Below are positions 35,870-47,080 of a stretch of DNA of 64,000 nucleotides, one piece after another. A program made the translations under genes and the position numbers. The notes under the pieces were generated by a model, which worked only from the letters and a program-made list of their open reading frames with translations, did not search any database and had not been told where the DNA came from. This stretch comes from Caldisericia bacterium (GTDB taxonomy: Bacteria; Caldisericota; Caldisericia; JAAYUI01), in the NCBI GenBank assembly GCA_963674785.1, contig OY771555.1, positions 1,216,001-1,280,000 on the forward strand, in the 5' to 3' direction. The first letter of the stretch is position 1. Every line of letters begins with the position of its first letter.

Positions 35870-38567
35870 ATGAAAAAGATGGTTGCTTTGATAATAGTGG
35901 TGTGTCTTATGTTTCCGATTACTCAAATCTCAGCAGAGGTAAAAGCAGAGATTAAAAATCCAAGTTTTGAAAATGGGAAGAATTACTGGGATATTTTTGC
36001 CATCGGAAGAGAACCTTCAGAATTGGAAGTGAGTGAAATAGAATCTGTTGAGGGTGATAAATCAGCAAAGATCAACCCAGGAGAAAAGGGAGTAACTGGT
36101 ATCTCTCAAACACTGTCTGTTTCTGAAATGGGTAATGTCAATATCTCTGTGTGGACAAAAACATTGGGTGAGTCTTGGCTTGAGGTTGTTCAGTTAAAAA
36201 ACGACAAACCGGTTGGTGAGTATTTGTTTTTGCAATCACCACACGCGAGAAAAAATGGTGACTGGGAAAAAAATTAGTCTTGCTCTTGATGTTTTAGAGG
36301 TGACTGAGGAATTAGAAATTCATCTACTTTGCAAACAAGGTGTAACATATTTTGATAATGTAAGGTTATCACCTAATCTTGAAGAAAGCTCATCAATTTT
36401 TTCTGAAGTGATTGATCCCATCTCTTGCAAACTCGGGTACAAAACTTCATCTCTCGTTCGTGTGTCATGTTGAACCAAATAGGCAGTATAATCATGAGAA
36501 TTACACAAATGACAGACTCAAAGGGCTTGATGATTTTATATCGATGCTAGAGTCTTTTGGAGCGAAACTAACTCTTCAGGTTCAGCAACCATTTACAACA
36601 ACACTCAAGAAAATGGATCTGAATCCATTTACTGACCTTGAGTTTTCAGGTCATGAGGTTTGCACACATTACCATGAAGATACATATGCTCCGAATAACG
36701 CCCCGTATGATGTAAGAAAAAAAGCTCTGCAGGAATTGAAGGATGATGTCGATAGTTTTGGTATATCAAATCTTACTCTCTGCGGTGGATGGCAGCAGGC
36801 GGATATTGTCAAGATTGCTGGTGAAGTTGGATATAAGTATTTGGATAATTATAAATATGCTCCAACTCAGCAGGGTTCTGAGGCTGGATTATCAGTAAAT
36901 CCATATCGACCGGCAGAGAACAATATTGAAGAAGTTGATGAAAAATGGTAAATGCCTTTATCTGCCTGAAGGACCATGGGATATGGTCACAAAACCTGCC
37001 TCAATTAAGCATAACGCAACACCTGAAATGTTTGATGCTTTGACTGAGATGATAAATTCAGCACTACCAATGCTTGAGCTTGGAAGGGTCAACTGTGCAA
37101 ATGTCGTGATGCATTTGAATGATTTTGGACCGGGTAATGAAAAAAACCCTTGAGCTTTACAGAAAATATTTTGAAGAGATTTTATCTCCCTCTGCTGAAA
37201 CTGGGTTGATTGAGTTTGCAACAATTTCTGAGGTTGGCAGACTTTATGAAGAAACTGAAGAAAAGGGAATCTCGATGCTTCCTCAAATAATCACAGTTGT
37301 GAATGGGAATTATTTTGATGATGATACTGAGGCTGAGAAGGCTGTTTCAAATCTCAGGAAACAGATAGAAATTTGCGAAAAATGTTCAGTTGATACTGAA
37401 CATTATTTCACACCCTTTTCCTGGACTCAGACAAATGAGTTGGACGGAGGATACTATAGTTGGGTTTCATCGAAGGATGGAGTTGATATCCACTGTCATG
37501 GTGAGAACAGAAATCCCCCCGATCCTTCTCTAATTGGCAGAATGAACAATAATGATTGGGAACGAGACTATAACCTTGCTTTTGACTTTCAAACACATGT
37601 TGTTGAGATTGAAACAGGCAAAATAACTGATGACGAAGGTGGAGCAAAAACTGTTTTGGAAAGTTCGGGTATCGATGTAGTTTCATGTGGTAGAGCTGTA
37701 AAAGGTGCTATTTTGAAAGCAAACAAAGATATTGGTTTTAATGTCGGTGTTGGTTTTGGTGATAGCATGGGAGTACCTTCAAATAGATGTTTTATGATGG
37801 ATGTTCTTGGGAGACCTGATGATATTTTCATTCATCCTAATGATGAATTTCTGCCTTGGGTAAAGGGAAGATATGATCTGAAAAGTGAGGTTTTGGAAGA
37901 AATCAGAAAGCTTGATTATTTTGAGCCCAGGTATCTGATGTTCGTGATTCATGATTGGGACATGTTCAGATATGTTGATGAAACCAAAGCTTGGGAGCAT
38001 TACGAAGAGGTTCTCAGGTGGTTAACAGAAGATATTGGTTGTGAGGGTTCATCGATTGAAGAGATGTATGAACACGCCAATCATAGAGGAGTAGTCGAAC
38101 AAGAGTGGATTGATTACGCTGCAAATGAATTGATTGAAGACATAAAAAATGATGGAGAATTGAATAACTATTATGGCTCAGATGGTAAGGAAGTTACACT
38201 TTCTGAACTTTTTCAGGGATGTTTGCTGGATAGAGAATTTAAACCAAAAGATATTATTGGACCTACAGAGATTTTTGGTGATGAAAAAGAAATGGTTCTA
38301 TCAAAAAAGGAATTTGAGTCCTTGATTGAGAAGATGCAATCTGAAATAACTGACTGGCAGTCTATTCCCGAGTCATTTGCCATCAATAATAAAACAATTT
38401 CAGCAGGACAGATGCTTTATGTTTTATGCCAAAAAAAGACAGATGACGTTGATGGCATAATTGAGATTCCGCCAATATCCAATAATCCTGAGCAGGCATA
38501 TTCACTGAGATTTGATTTTGACAAACTCCAGCTTTGGACGCATAGACCTGCATATTATAGTTATTGA
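35870..38567 (+). pseudogene. Secreted CBM-like + two polysaccharide-deacetylase-like domain protein, split by four +1 frameshifts (pseudogene or assembly error)
   Basis: ORFs 35858, 36213, 36412, 36926 and 37119 join into one 897-aa frame on deleting one base from each of A7 (~36267), C3 (~36417), A5 (~36941) and A7 (~37140). Motifs NPSFE, CHVEP, HEVCTHYHED, DIHCHGE and FVIHDWD. Confidence 0.75.
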
Positions 38568-38613
38568 AAAATGAGTTATTCTTTGTAGACTCTCATTTGT
38601 TAGGGGGTAAGAC

Positions 38614-38871
38614 ATGGCAAAAATTAATCTATCAAGATTCATAAAAGGAGAAAAAGGTTTTTGGTTTGATCCAGATAAAGCATTTGCAGTTCGAACTATG
38701 AAGGGTTATAGAGCGATGTTTCTATATTCGACGATGTACATAAGCATAAATTTTAAAAAAAGTGATTTAAGAGTAGATGAATTTGTTGAGTATGTAACAT
38801 CTGGAAACGTAGATATTAGTAGTTTTGAGGATTCTATCCAGAGTGTGAAAGCTGGGCATACAATTTATTAG
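38614..38871 (+). CDS. Hypothetical protein (85 aa)
   Basis: GGGGG SD-like site; fills the gap; no recognised motif. Confidence 0.55.
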   Translation: MAKINLSRFIKGEKGFWFDPDKAFAVRTMKGYRAMFLYSTMYISINFKKSDLRVDEFVEYVTSGNVDISSFEDSIQSVKAGHTIY

Positions 38872-38892
38872 GTGAGAAATCTCTCATCCAGA

Positions 38893-39735
38893 TTATGATT
38901 TGGATTTAGGCATCCTGTTTTCATTTCTTCCTGAATACCTCTCAAATTTGTTTTTCTCGATTGCTCCCAGTTTTATCCGCTTGAAAGCTGAGAGTGTGAT
39001 TAGAACAAATGAGAATATAAGAATGTAGCTCCCAAGGCTCTCAGCAAAAATGTTCATTCCCGATTTTCTGATAATTGCTGGTTTTATAAATATAAAACAA
39101 ACTTGGATTAGCACAATGTATGTTGCAGATGTTGCCATCCATAGTTCGATTCTTGATTTGAGATAGGATTTTATGAATTTGATGTGTAGCATGACTGTGT
39201 TTGTTAGAGGGAATAACAGGAATATCCCAAGGAAAACAAGTGCAAATATGGCGACTATAAAGTTATAGACCGGATTTGATGTAGTTTGATTTAAAGGTGG
39301 AGAGAATTTGAGGAAGTAAACCAGATACGCAATCGCAAAACTGATTACTGATAAAGCAATTATTGATCGAGTTTTTTTAGGAATTGATGTCTCGATATGA
39401 CTCTGAAAAAACAAAGCACAAAACCCTATTCCAACTGCGTAGATTATCATTGAGTAATCGTTGATATTGGGAGTTTTTGTGAGAATCATAATCATTGTGT
39501 TGATGAAAGAGAGAACGAAAATTGTCAGCAATGTGATCCAAAGACTCAGCCAGAAAATCTTGTCTTCATCAGAGCTTCCGCATCTCTTCCAAGCTACAAA
39601 AGTCATGATAATAGTCAAGAATAAAAGGCTCTCTCGAAGAATTAGTTTGGCATTGATGTTGCCTACAAAATGGAACAAAACCACAACAAACACAGATGCG
39701 ATAATTGAAACAAGTAGATATGTTGTTTTTGACAT
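38893..39735 (-). CDS. Multi-pass (about 7-8 TM) hypothetical membrane protein
   Basis: Alternating hydrophobic helices; start MSKTTY after GGGGG. Confidence 0.65.
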   Translation of the reverse strand: MSKTTYLLVSIIASVFVVVLFHFVGNINAKLILRESLLFLTIIMTFVAWKRCGSSDEDKIFWLSLWITLLTIFVLSFINTMIMILTKTPNINDYSMIIYAVGIGFCALFFQSHIETSIPKKTRSIIALSVISFAIAYLVYFLKFSPPLNQTTSNPVYNFIVAIFALVFLGIFLLFPLTNTVMLHIKFIKSYLKSRIELWMATSATYIVLIQVCFIFIKPAIIRKSGMNIFAESLGSYILIFSFVLITLSAFKRIKLGAIEKNKFERYSGRNENRMPKSKS

Positions 39736-39752
39736 ATTCCCCCCAATAAAAG

Positions 39753-39784
39753 AAAAAAGGGGTAGATTCAATATCTACCCCTTT
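39753..39784 (-). terminator. Rho-independent terminator after flotillin gene
   Basis: AAAGGGGTAGAT/ATCTACCCCTTT stem with A-run giving a minus-strand U-tract. Confidence 0.8.
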
Positions 39785-39795
39785 AGAGACCAGGC

Positions 39796-41226
39796 TTACT
39801 TGGTTTCAGCCTTCTTTTCGTCAATCGTTTTTGGTTCTTCAAGATTCTTTTTTGCAACATAACCTTTCAAGAACTCTTCAAGGTCGATTCCTGTTGCTGC
39901 TTTCATCTGTTCCATAAACTTTACAAGTGCACCGGGTGCTGCATTCATGAGCCTGCTTACAGAACCACCATCTTTTCCACCTGCTCCATCGATTGCAACG
40001 ACCTTATCAAATTTGATCTGACCAAGAGCATCTGCTCCACGTGCTGCAACGTTTTTGTATGTATCAAGAATAAGGTTGAGTTTTGCAGCCTCACCATATT
40101 CGTTCCAAGCCTTGGCTTTAGCTTCAAGTCCAGCAGCCTCAGCAAGGGCAATCTTTTTGATACCTTCAGCCTCAGCTTCTTTAACACGGAGAATTCTTGC
40201 TGCTTCACCCTCAGCTCTCAAGATATGAGACTGTTTCTCAGCGTCTGCCGGGATGATGACTTCGGCTCTATATCTCTGTTCCTCAGCTTTTGCTTTTGCA
40301 GTTTCAACTGCTTCCCTTGCCTTTTGTTCTTGGGCAAGCACGTCCTGCTCAGCAACAACAACTTCTTTTCTTGCATTTGCCTCAGCAAGCGGACCTCTCT
40401 GGTCTGCAAATTTTTCGGCCGCAAGTGTTTCACCACGGAAGTTCTGTTTTGCAACATCACGCTCTTTCTGAGCTTCAGCAATGAGTTTCTCCTGATTCGC
40501 TTTGACAGATTCACCTTCCTGTCTCGCCGTTTCGGATTCGATCATCGCATCTCTTTGTGCGTGAGCCGTACCAATTGCTGCGTCTCTTTTTACCTGTGCA
40601 GTTCTTTTTTCACCAAGTGCTTCAAGATAACCCTTTTCATCACGAATGTCCTGAATGTTGATGATATCTATTATGACACCGATCTTTGAAAGCTCTTCAC
40701 CTGTTTGGTCAAGTGTTTTTTGGACAAACATATCACGTTCCTGGTAGAGCTGCTCAACTGTAAGAACACCAATGATATCTCTGAGCTGTCCTTCAAGGGT
40801 CTCCTTGATAACCTGCTTTATATGGTTTTTGTTCGACCCAAGGAATCTCTCAACCGCACGTGCAAGCATGTTTTCTTCAGAACTGATTTTTACATTTGCA
40901 ACTGCATCAATCGTGATTGGGACACCTTCTTTTGAGTAAGCATTAACAACTCTGACATCAGAGAGGTTCATAAGCTCAAGTGTAATTCTATCAATCTTTT
41001 CGATAATCGGAATCTTAAGGGTAGCTCCGCCAACTACAGCTCTCCATCCTCTCCTCACAACTCTTTGACCATGCTCATCCTTAACAATGGATTTATGTCT
41101 TCTACCGGTTAAAATAACCGCTTCGTTAGGTCCTGCTTTTATGTAGTTTGCTACAAACAGTGCGATTATTATGATAAACCCAATAATTGATGAGACTACA
41201 ACTATTCCAATCGTCATTCCTTCCAT
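39796..41226 (-). CDS. Flotillin (SPFH domain) family protein
   Basis: N-terminal TM, AGPNEAVILTG, LEGQLRDIIG, GYLEALG and AE-rich coiled coil. Confidence 0.93.
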   Translation of the reverse strand: MEGMTIGIVVVSSIIGFIIIIALFVANYIKAGPNEAVILTGRRHKSIVKDEHGQRVVRRGWRAVVGGATLKIPIIEKIDRITLELMNLSDVRVVNAYSKEGVPITIDAVANVKISSEENMLARAVERFLGSNKNHIKQVIKETLEGQLRDIIGVLTVEQLYQERDMFVQKTLDQTGEELSKIGVIIDIINIQDIRDEKGYLEALGEKRTAQVKRDAAIGTAHAQRDAMIESETARQEGESVKANQEKLIAEAQKERDVAKQNFRGETLAAEKFADQRGPLAEANARKEVVVAEQDVLAQEQKAREAVETAKAKAEEQRYRAEVIIPADAEKQSHILRAEGEAARILRVKEAEAEGIKKIALAEAAGLEAKAKAWNEYGEAAKLNLILDTYKNVAARGADALGQIKFDKVVAIDGAGGKDGGSVSRLMNAAPGALVKFMEQMKAATGIDLEEFLKGYVAKKNLEEPKTIDEKKAETK

Positions 41227-41241
41227 CTTCTTTCCCCTTTC

Positions 41242-41826
41242 TTAATGCAAATCAATTTCTGCAGAAATTACCCTGGCAATATCTCCTGTAATTGATTTGA
41301 CAATAACCACTTCGTTCTTTTCGAACTCCTCACCTTCAAGGTATGATCTTGCGATCATATATGAGGTGAGTCCTGTTCCAATATCTGTTACCTTTATTTC
41401 TCCAACTTTTCCTGATTTAATGGCAATTGATACAGATGCTTTTCTGCCCTCAAGGGAGAGGTGATTGATCTGTGTGGATGCTTGCTGTTTGTATAGCAGT
41501 CTGAGAAGTAGATAGACAAGATAGTAAATTGCAAGACCACCGATGATTCCACAAATCCAGTGTGGGATAATCCAACCGTATGCGAGGGATAGAAATCCAC
41601 CAAGCCCAAAGCCGATGATAAATGCCATTATCAATCTCAGGCTTATTATTCCTGGGCCATCAGCGAAGTCGCCTATTTCCAAACCACCGTCAATATCGAC
41701 ATCGAAGTCCGCACCAATATCTGCATCAATGTCTGCCCCTGAATCAAGTCCGAGAAACAACATGAAAGCAAGCAAGACTGTTGGAACAACAACCATCAGC
41801 AAGTAAATAATCTGTAATGTTTCCAT
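41242..41826 (-). CDS. NfeD-like (YqiJ/YuaF-type) membrane partner of flotillin
   Basis: Three TM segments with acidic DADID loop and C-terminal OB-like LEGRKASV...GEIKV; directly upstream of flotillin. Confidence 0.85.
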   Translation of the reverse strand: METLQIIYLLMVVVPTVLLAFMLFLGLDSGADIDADIGADFDVDIDGGLEIGDFADGPGIISLRLIMAFIIGFGLGGFLSLAYGWIIPHWICGIIGGLAIYYLVYLLLRLLYKQQASTQINHLSLEGRKASVSIAIKSGKVGEIKVTDIGTGLTSYMIARSYLEGEEFEKNEVVIVKSITGDIARVISAEIDLH

Positions 41827-41887
41827 CTTCCTCTCTCCTTTCTGGGGTAATTATAGTGTGCTGTGTGCTCTAGAGATACACATTAAC

Positions 41888-42745
41888 TTAGACACGTTTT
41901 GTTTGTTTTTGTTTCTTTTGTTTGCAGCCTAAAGAAAACTTTTGTGTAGTTATGTAAAAACCTCTTTTCTTTTTCTTAATTCGATCAGTAACCTCATTAT
42001 ATCCCGAGACAAGCATTGCAGCTGGCAAAGCTATTATACCGATTGATAGGATGGAAATCAAAGCGGTCAGAATTCTACCGAGAGTTGTTATTGGAACCAA
42101 ATCACCATAACCAATAGTTGTTAGAGTACATACTGCCCACCACATGGTCTCTGGAATGCTTTTGAAGACCTCAGGCTGAGCTGTATGTTCAACATAAAAG
42201 AGCATTGATGCAGAAAGGATTATCAACACGACAACAATTGAAATAGCAATTGCTAGATCCGATAGTTTCTCCTTGAAGACCATCCCAAGTACCTTAAGTG
42301 AACTGGAATACCTGCCAAGTTTGAGTATTCTTACCAGTCTGAATAATCTGAAAATCCGTATGAACCTGAGGTCAAGGAAACCGCCTACCACAATCTCGAT
42401 ATAAAATGGAGCAATTGCTAAAAGATCAACTAGTGCTCCAACTGTTCCTGCGTATCTGAAAACACCAAAGGAGAAATTTCTGTACTTTGGGTTACATGTT
42501 GCTGTCCATAGTCTCAAGATGTATTCTGTCGAGAAAACAACAATTGAGAATATCTCAAATATCTGAAAAACCATTTGAATCTGGGGATGGATGTTTTGCA
42601 TCGTTTCGACTATGACAGTTACAATGCTTAATGTGATAAGGATTATTATGAACCAATCAAAGGCGATACTTACTCTGTCGCCGGGTTTCCCCTGTTCAAT
42701 GATTTCAAAAACACGGTATCTGATTTTTTGGATCTTTGAATCCAT
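41888..42745 (-). CDS. Voltage-gated potassium channel (6TM)
   Basis: S4 RFIRIFRLFRLVRILKLGR; pore WWAVCTLTTIGYGD. Confidence 0.93.
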   Translation of the reverse strand: MDSKIQKIRYRVFEIIEQGKPGDRVSIAFDWFIIILITLSIVTVIVETMQNIHPQIQMVFQIFEIFSIVVFSTEYILRLWTATCNPKYRNFSFGVFRYAGTVGALVDLLAIAPFYIEIVVGGFLDLRFIRIFRLFRLVRILKLGRYSSSLKVLGMVFKEKLSDLAIAISIVVVLIILSASMLFYVEHTAQPEVFKSIPETMWWAVCTLTTIGYGDLVPITTLGRILTALISILSIGIIALPAAMLVSGYNEVTDRIKKKKRGFYITTQKFSLGCKQKKQKQTKRV

Positions 42746-42897
42746 GATAAAAATCCTACAAGAAAAGTAATTTTTTTCAACCGATTCATACTTATTTTGT
42801 TTTTGAAAGTTAACATAAAATAATTAACTTTTTAATAACACAGCTTGAATATCTTTAGATGGTGTGTGATAATCTTATCAGGGATGGAGGATGGATT

Positions 42898-45696
42898 ATG
42901 CAAAACAAGAGAATGATTCAGAAGTTCAGCTTTTTTGTTGTTATTGCCATGGTTTTTGTTATTGCCAGCACAGGTATAACTGCGACAAACCAAGATAGCC
43001 CGGTGTTTGTCGGGTGGGAGAGCATCTCGGGAGAACCCTATCCTAAAAATGAAAATGATAACATAAGCAGGACAAATGAAGAATCCATCTCCCCTGACTT
43101 TGTGGTTGATTCAAAGGGTAATATTCATGTCGTTTGGTCAGAAGAGATTGATGGTGAGAATTATGATATTTTCTATGTTTGGAATGATGGGGAAAACTGG
43201 TTAACTGTTGATGGAGCACCATATGATTCAAAGAATGGAAATATCACAAATAATCCTGGATTATCAATAAATCCTCAAATCTTGCTGGATTCTAAAGATA
43301 TACCACACATTGCTTGGATGGATGATTCTTACTCTTACTATGGGGATATCTTTTGCGTGAAAGCTTCAGAAAAAAGGCTTTTGAATGTTGAGGATGTTGT
43401 TTGGGATGCAGAAAAAGGTAACGCAAAAATTGCTAGGATTAAAAATGATTTGAATTACTACAGGTTTTCGATTGATTTAACTGATAATCTTCACTTTTTT
43501 TGGACTGAAGTGGTTGATCAAGTTCGATCAGAGATATTTTATTCAAAATGGGATGGATTGAGTTGGAAAAGTATAGATGGACAAGAACTAGATAGATACA
43601 ACAAAAACAAAGCAATCTTTGGGGTAGACTTCCGTAACTTGTTTTTTGACTTTGACATGTTTGAAGGGAATCCTTATCTTGTTTGGCTTGGAACTGGAAA
43701 GGATGATGCAAGTATAATCTGTTTGATCAGATGGACTGGATTATTTTGGGGAAACATTGAAAGAGAAAAATCTGATTCAGATTTCAGTAATTGTGTTCTA
43801 ATCAAATTAAACTATTTTCCAGAGTGGATTCCTCAAATCAGGATTGATAGTTCAGGTTGTGCCCATATTGTATGGCATCAATTCGAATGGGGTAGCGTTA
43901 ATCCACCTATTGTTAGCTACATAAAATGGGATGGAGATGGGTGGATAACAGCAGATGGATCAAGATTTAATCCAGATGAGGCAAATTCTTGGATCGATAT
44001 CGATGGAATTAAGGGAAAGGTTTTGTATCAATTTTTGCTTCAAGATGATGAACCTGTTTTGATTTGGAGTAATGCTCTAAGGGAGCCCTTCGATTTATTT
44101 TTCACAAAGCTTGAAGAAGGTGATTGGGTCAATATGTTTGGTTCTGAATTTGACCCATTCGATAGTAGGATTCATTTTGGTGCAAGTGGTTCTCAAACCA
44201 CTTATCCGGAAGTAAAGATTTTTGAAAATGGCGAAATCTTCTTTATTAGATCAGATTACAGTTATGAGAACCCAGAGGTTATTCTTACAAAAGTTAGTGA
44301 TGGGCAAGAATACTTGTTGAGCGGTGAGGTTTATGATTCTGAGGCAGGGAACATAAATATTACTCGGTGTGATGATTTTTTTTATGAAGATTTTTCTTTT
44401 GAAATGTGTGCTGAAGCCGCTTATTTAGTTTGGAATGATTTTAATTGTCCAAATTTTGTTAAATGGGATGGTTTTAATTGGGTCAACTCGGATGGAGAAA
44501 AATGGGATAACAGAGCTTGGAATGCAAATCTTACCAGTTATGATGAAAGTTATTCTTGGAATCCTACAGTTGCTACTGGCAATGATGGTAACCCTCATAT
44601 CATGTGGTTTGAGAAAAGTATCGGTGATGATTACAGTGAAACATTTTTGCTTCACTATATCCGGTGGCATGATGATTTCTGGGTGAATGTTTATGGAGAA
44701 AAGTGGGGAAATAGGAATTCGGCACTCCCTGATTTTTGGGAGTATTCTTGGAATTTCAGTTTCGATATAGACGCGAATAATCTTCCACATATTTTGTGGC
44801 TTGATGATGGTTTCATTAATTATATTAGGTTTGATGGTGATAAATGGCTGATAACAAATGGAGATGAATATGGATTGAAGTATGGTGATGAAGCTATAAT
44901 GGATGATGTATCATCAAGAGCAAACAATCTAGATTTAACTATTGATAAAAATAATTGTATCCATGCTTCTTGGGACGATTTAAACAATAATACTCGGTCG
45001 AAAAAATATTATCTTCAAAGAAAAGCTGATGATCATTTTTGGAATACACTTACTGGAGAAGTATTTGATATTGATGCGGATAATTCATGTGTAATTGAAG
45101 GAATAAAGTCTGATCTATCAATAGAAGTGGATTATGATAATTTTGGAAACCCACACTTTTGTTGGACAGATTTCGATGAAGGTGTTGTTTATTTGAAGTA
45201 TTGTTATTGGGATGGAGAGGTATTTAAGGATGTATCAGGAGAAAAGGTTGATTTGAAGTCAAATGATTATGTTTTTATTTCTTCTCTGATTATCGAGGAT
45301 GAATATGATGAGTGGTACATCTCTCCATCACTCGTGCTTGATTCAAATGGAATCCCACATGTTGCTTGGAAACAGACAGTAGATGTAAAGAATTGGAGAG
45401 GAGTCAACACTTTTATTAATACCGACACATTTTATTCCAGATGGGATGGTACGGCTTGGGTAAATCTGTTTGGGGAACAACTAGAATATGAAGCAAAAAA
45501 TGCAAAGATAACAAATAGCCCAACTGGGGCTGACATAAAAAAATGGGAAATTGGGCTTTCTGGGTGGGATGATCAAGTCCAAATTGGTTTATCAAGCGAG
45601 GATATCCCTTATATTTTGTGGTCAGATTCTTGTTATTCTTTTGGAAGTTCAGATATTCTAGGTCTAAAAGGTGTATTGAAAAAAATAGACAAATAG
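42898..45696 (+). CDS. Secreted acidic Trp/Asp-rich repeat protein, 14 blades (probable double beta-propeller)
   Basis: Signal peptide; 14 repeats of P-x-h-x-h-D-xx-G-x-P-H-h-h-W ... Y-x-x-W-D-G-x-x-W. Confidence 0.75.
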   Translation: MQNKRMIQKFSFFVVIAMVFVIASTGITATNQDSPVFVGWESISGEPYPKNENDNISRTNEESISPDFVVDSKGNIHVVWSEEIDGENYDIFYVWNDGENWLTVDGAPYDSKNGNITNNPGLSINPQILLDSKDIPHIAWMDDSYSYYGDIFCVKASEKRLLNVEDVVWDAEKGNAKIARIKNDLNYYRFSIDLTDNLHFFWTEVVDQVRSEIFYSKWDGLSWKSIDGQELDRYNKNKAIFGVDFRNLFFDFDMFEGNPYLVWLGTGKDDASIICLIRWTGLFWGNIEREKSDSDFSNCVLIKLNYFPEWIPQIRIDSSGCAHIVWHQFEWGSVNPPIVSYIKWDGDGWITADGSRFNPDEANSWIDIDGIKGKVLYQFLLQDDEPVLIWSNALREPFDLFFTKLEEGDWVNMFGSEFDPFDSRIHFGASGSQTTYPEVKIFENGEIFFIRSDYSYENPEVILTKVSDGQEYLLSGEVYDSEAGNINITRCDDFFYEDFSFEMCAEAAYLVWNDFNCPNFVKWDGFNWVNSDGEKWDNRAWNANLTSYDESYSWNPTVATGNDGNPHIMWFEKSIGDDYSETFLLHYIRWHDDFWVNVYGEKWGNRNSALPDFWEYSWNFSFDIDANNLPHILWLDDGFINYIRFDGDKWLITNGDEYGLKYGDEAIMDDVSSRANNLDLTIDKNNCIHASWDDLNNNTRSKKYYLQRKADDHFWNTLTGEVFDIDADNSCVIEGIKSDLSIEVDYDNFGNPHFCWTDFDEGVVYLKYCYWDGEVFKDVSGEKVDLKSNDYVFISSLIIEDEYDEWYISPSLVLDSNGIPHVAWKQTVDVKNWRGVNTFINTDTFYSRWDGTAWVNLFGEQLEYEAKNAKITNSPTGADIKKWEIGLSGWDDQVQIGLSSEDIPYILWSDSCYSFGSSDILGLKGVLKKIDK

Positions 45697-45756
45697 ACAA
45701 AATCAAATCATTTCTCGTAGTAGATATTAAAGAAATATCGAAGGAGAAAATGTTTG

Positions 45757-47079
45757 ATGAAATTGGTTCTGTCAATTCTTATATCTGTTGCTTTGCTTTC
45801 CTCTCCAGCTTCCGGAGCTTCTAGTAATACTGAATTCTATGAAGGATACACATTGTTTTCTCCAAATTCTTCAAGAATAACGTATTTAATCGATATGGAT
45901 GGGGATGTGGTTCACACATGGGAGAGCGAATCAACACCTGGGAACAGTGTTTATCTTCTGGAAGATGGAAATCTGCTTCGAACCGAAAGCTTTCAAACAA
46001 AGGAAAGCAGAGATTTTCCAAAAGGCGGTGCAGGTGGTAGGGTCAAGATTATAGATTGGGATAGCAACACCCTTTGGCAATATGAGCTTTCCGACAAAAA
46101 TGAGAGGCTTCATCATGATGTTGAGTACATGCCAAATGGAAATGTTTTGATGATTGTCTGGGAAAGATTTTCTGGTGATGATGTTGTTAAAATGGGAAGA
46201 GATCCGAAAAAAGCTCCTGAAAATATGTTTATCGATAAAATAATTGAAGTAAAACCAGACTTTGAAACCGGAGGAGCAGAGATTGTTTGGCAGTGGAGGT
46301 TTGCCGATCATCTTATTCAGGATTTTGATAAATCAAAAGATAACTTCGGCACTGTTTCCGAAAACCCGGGAAGAATTGATATCAACCTTATGAATAATAA
46401 TCCAAAAACTAATTCTCTCGATTGGACACACATAAACGCCGTTGATTACAATGAAAAACTTGACCAGATTATAATCAGTTCCCCGACAATGAGTGAAATC
46501 TATATCATAAACCACAATATAACAACAGAAGAAGCAGTAGGGGAAAAGGGTGATTTTATGTTTCGGTGGGGTAACCCTGTCAATTACGATAAGGGCACAA
46601 TAAAGGACAGAAAGCTATTTTTTCAACATGATGCACAGTGGATTACAGATGACTGCCCTGGAACTGGAAACATATTGGTGTTTAATAATGGAATCAGGAA
46701 CATCCGTGAGTATTCAACAGTTGACGAAATAAAATTAGAGATAACCGATGATGGTTCATATGAAACAACAAACGGTAGATTTCTTCCTGAGAATTCCGTT
46801 TGGTCATATTCTGCTGATGATAAATCTGAGTTTTATTCTGACCATATTTCTGGTGCTCAGAGGTTGCCAAATGGAAATACCCTTATTTGTTCAGGTGCTC
46901 AAGGGTGGTTTTTTGAGGTAACAGAAGAAGGAAAGATTGTTTGGGAGTATGTTAACACCTTTGGAAAATCCCCGCCATCTCAAAAACCTCGACCAAATGA
47001 TATTGATTTAAACGCCATCGATTCACCAAAGGAAGTATTTAGATGCACAAGGTATCCGGTCGACTATCCAGGATTATGA
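45757..47079 (+). CDS. Arylsulfate sulfotransferase (ASST-like) secreted protein
   Basis: YLIDMDGDVVHTW, LHHDV, DWTHINAVDY, QHDA, FNNG and ISGAQRLPNGNTLIC motifs. Confidence 0.85.
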   Translation: MKLVLSILISVALLSSPASGASSNTEFYEGYTLFSPNSSRITYLIDMDGDVVHTWESESTPGNSVYLLEDGNLLRTESFQTKESRDFPKGGAGGRVKIIDWDSNTLWQYELSDKNERLHHDVEYMPNGNVLMIVWERFSGDDVVKMGRDPKKAPENMFIDKIIEVKPDFETGGAEIVWQWRFADHLIQDFDKSKDNFGTVSENPGRIDINLMNNNPKTNSLDWTHINAVDYNEKLDQIIISSPTMSEIYIINHNITTEEAVGEKGDFMFRWGNPVNYDKGTIKDRKLFFQHDAQWITDDCPGTGNILVFNNGIRNIREYSTVDEIKLEITDDGSYETTNGRFLPENSVWSYSADDKSEFYSDHISGAQRLPNGNTLICSGAQGWFFEVTEEGKIVWEYVNTFGKSPPSQKPRPNDIDLNAIDSPKEVFRCTRYPVDYPGL

Positions 47080-47080
47080 C

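Noticed and set aside
36260-37150. Programmed frameshifting or phase variation
   Set aside because: Four independent shifts would be needed, and the runs (3-7 nt) are short for efficient slippage; error or decay is simpler.
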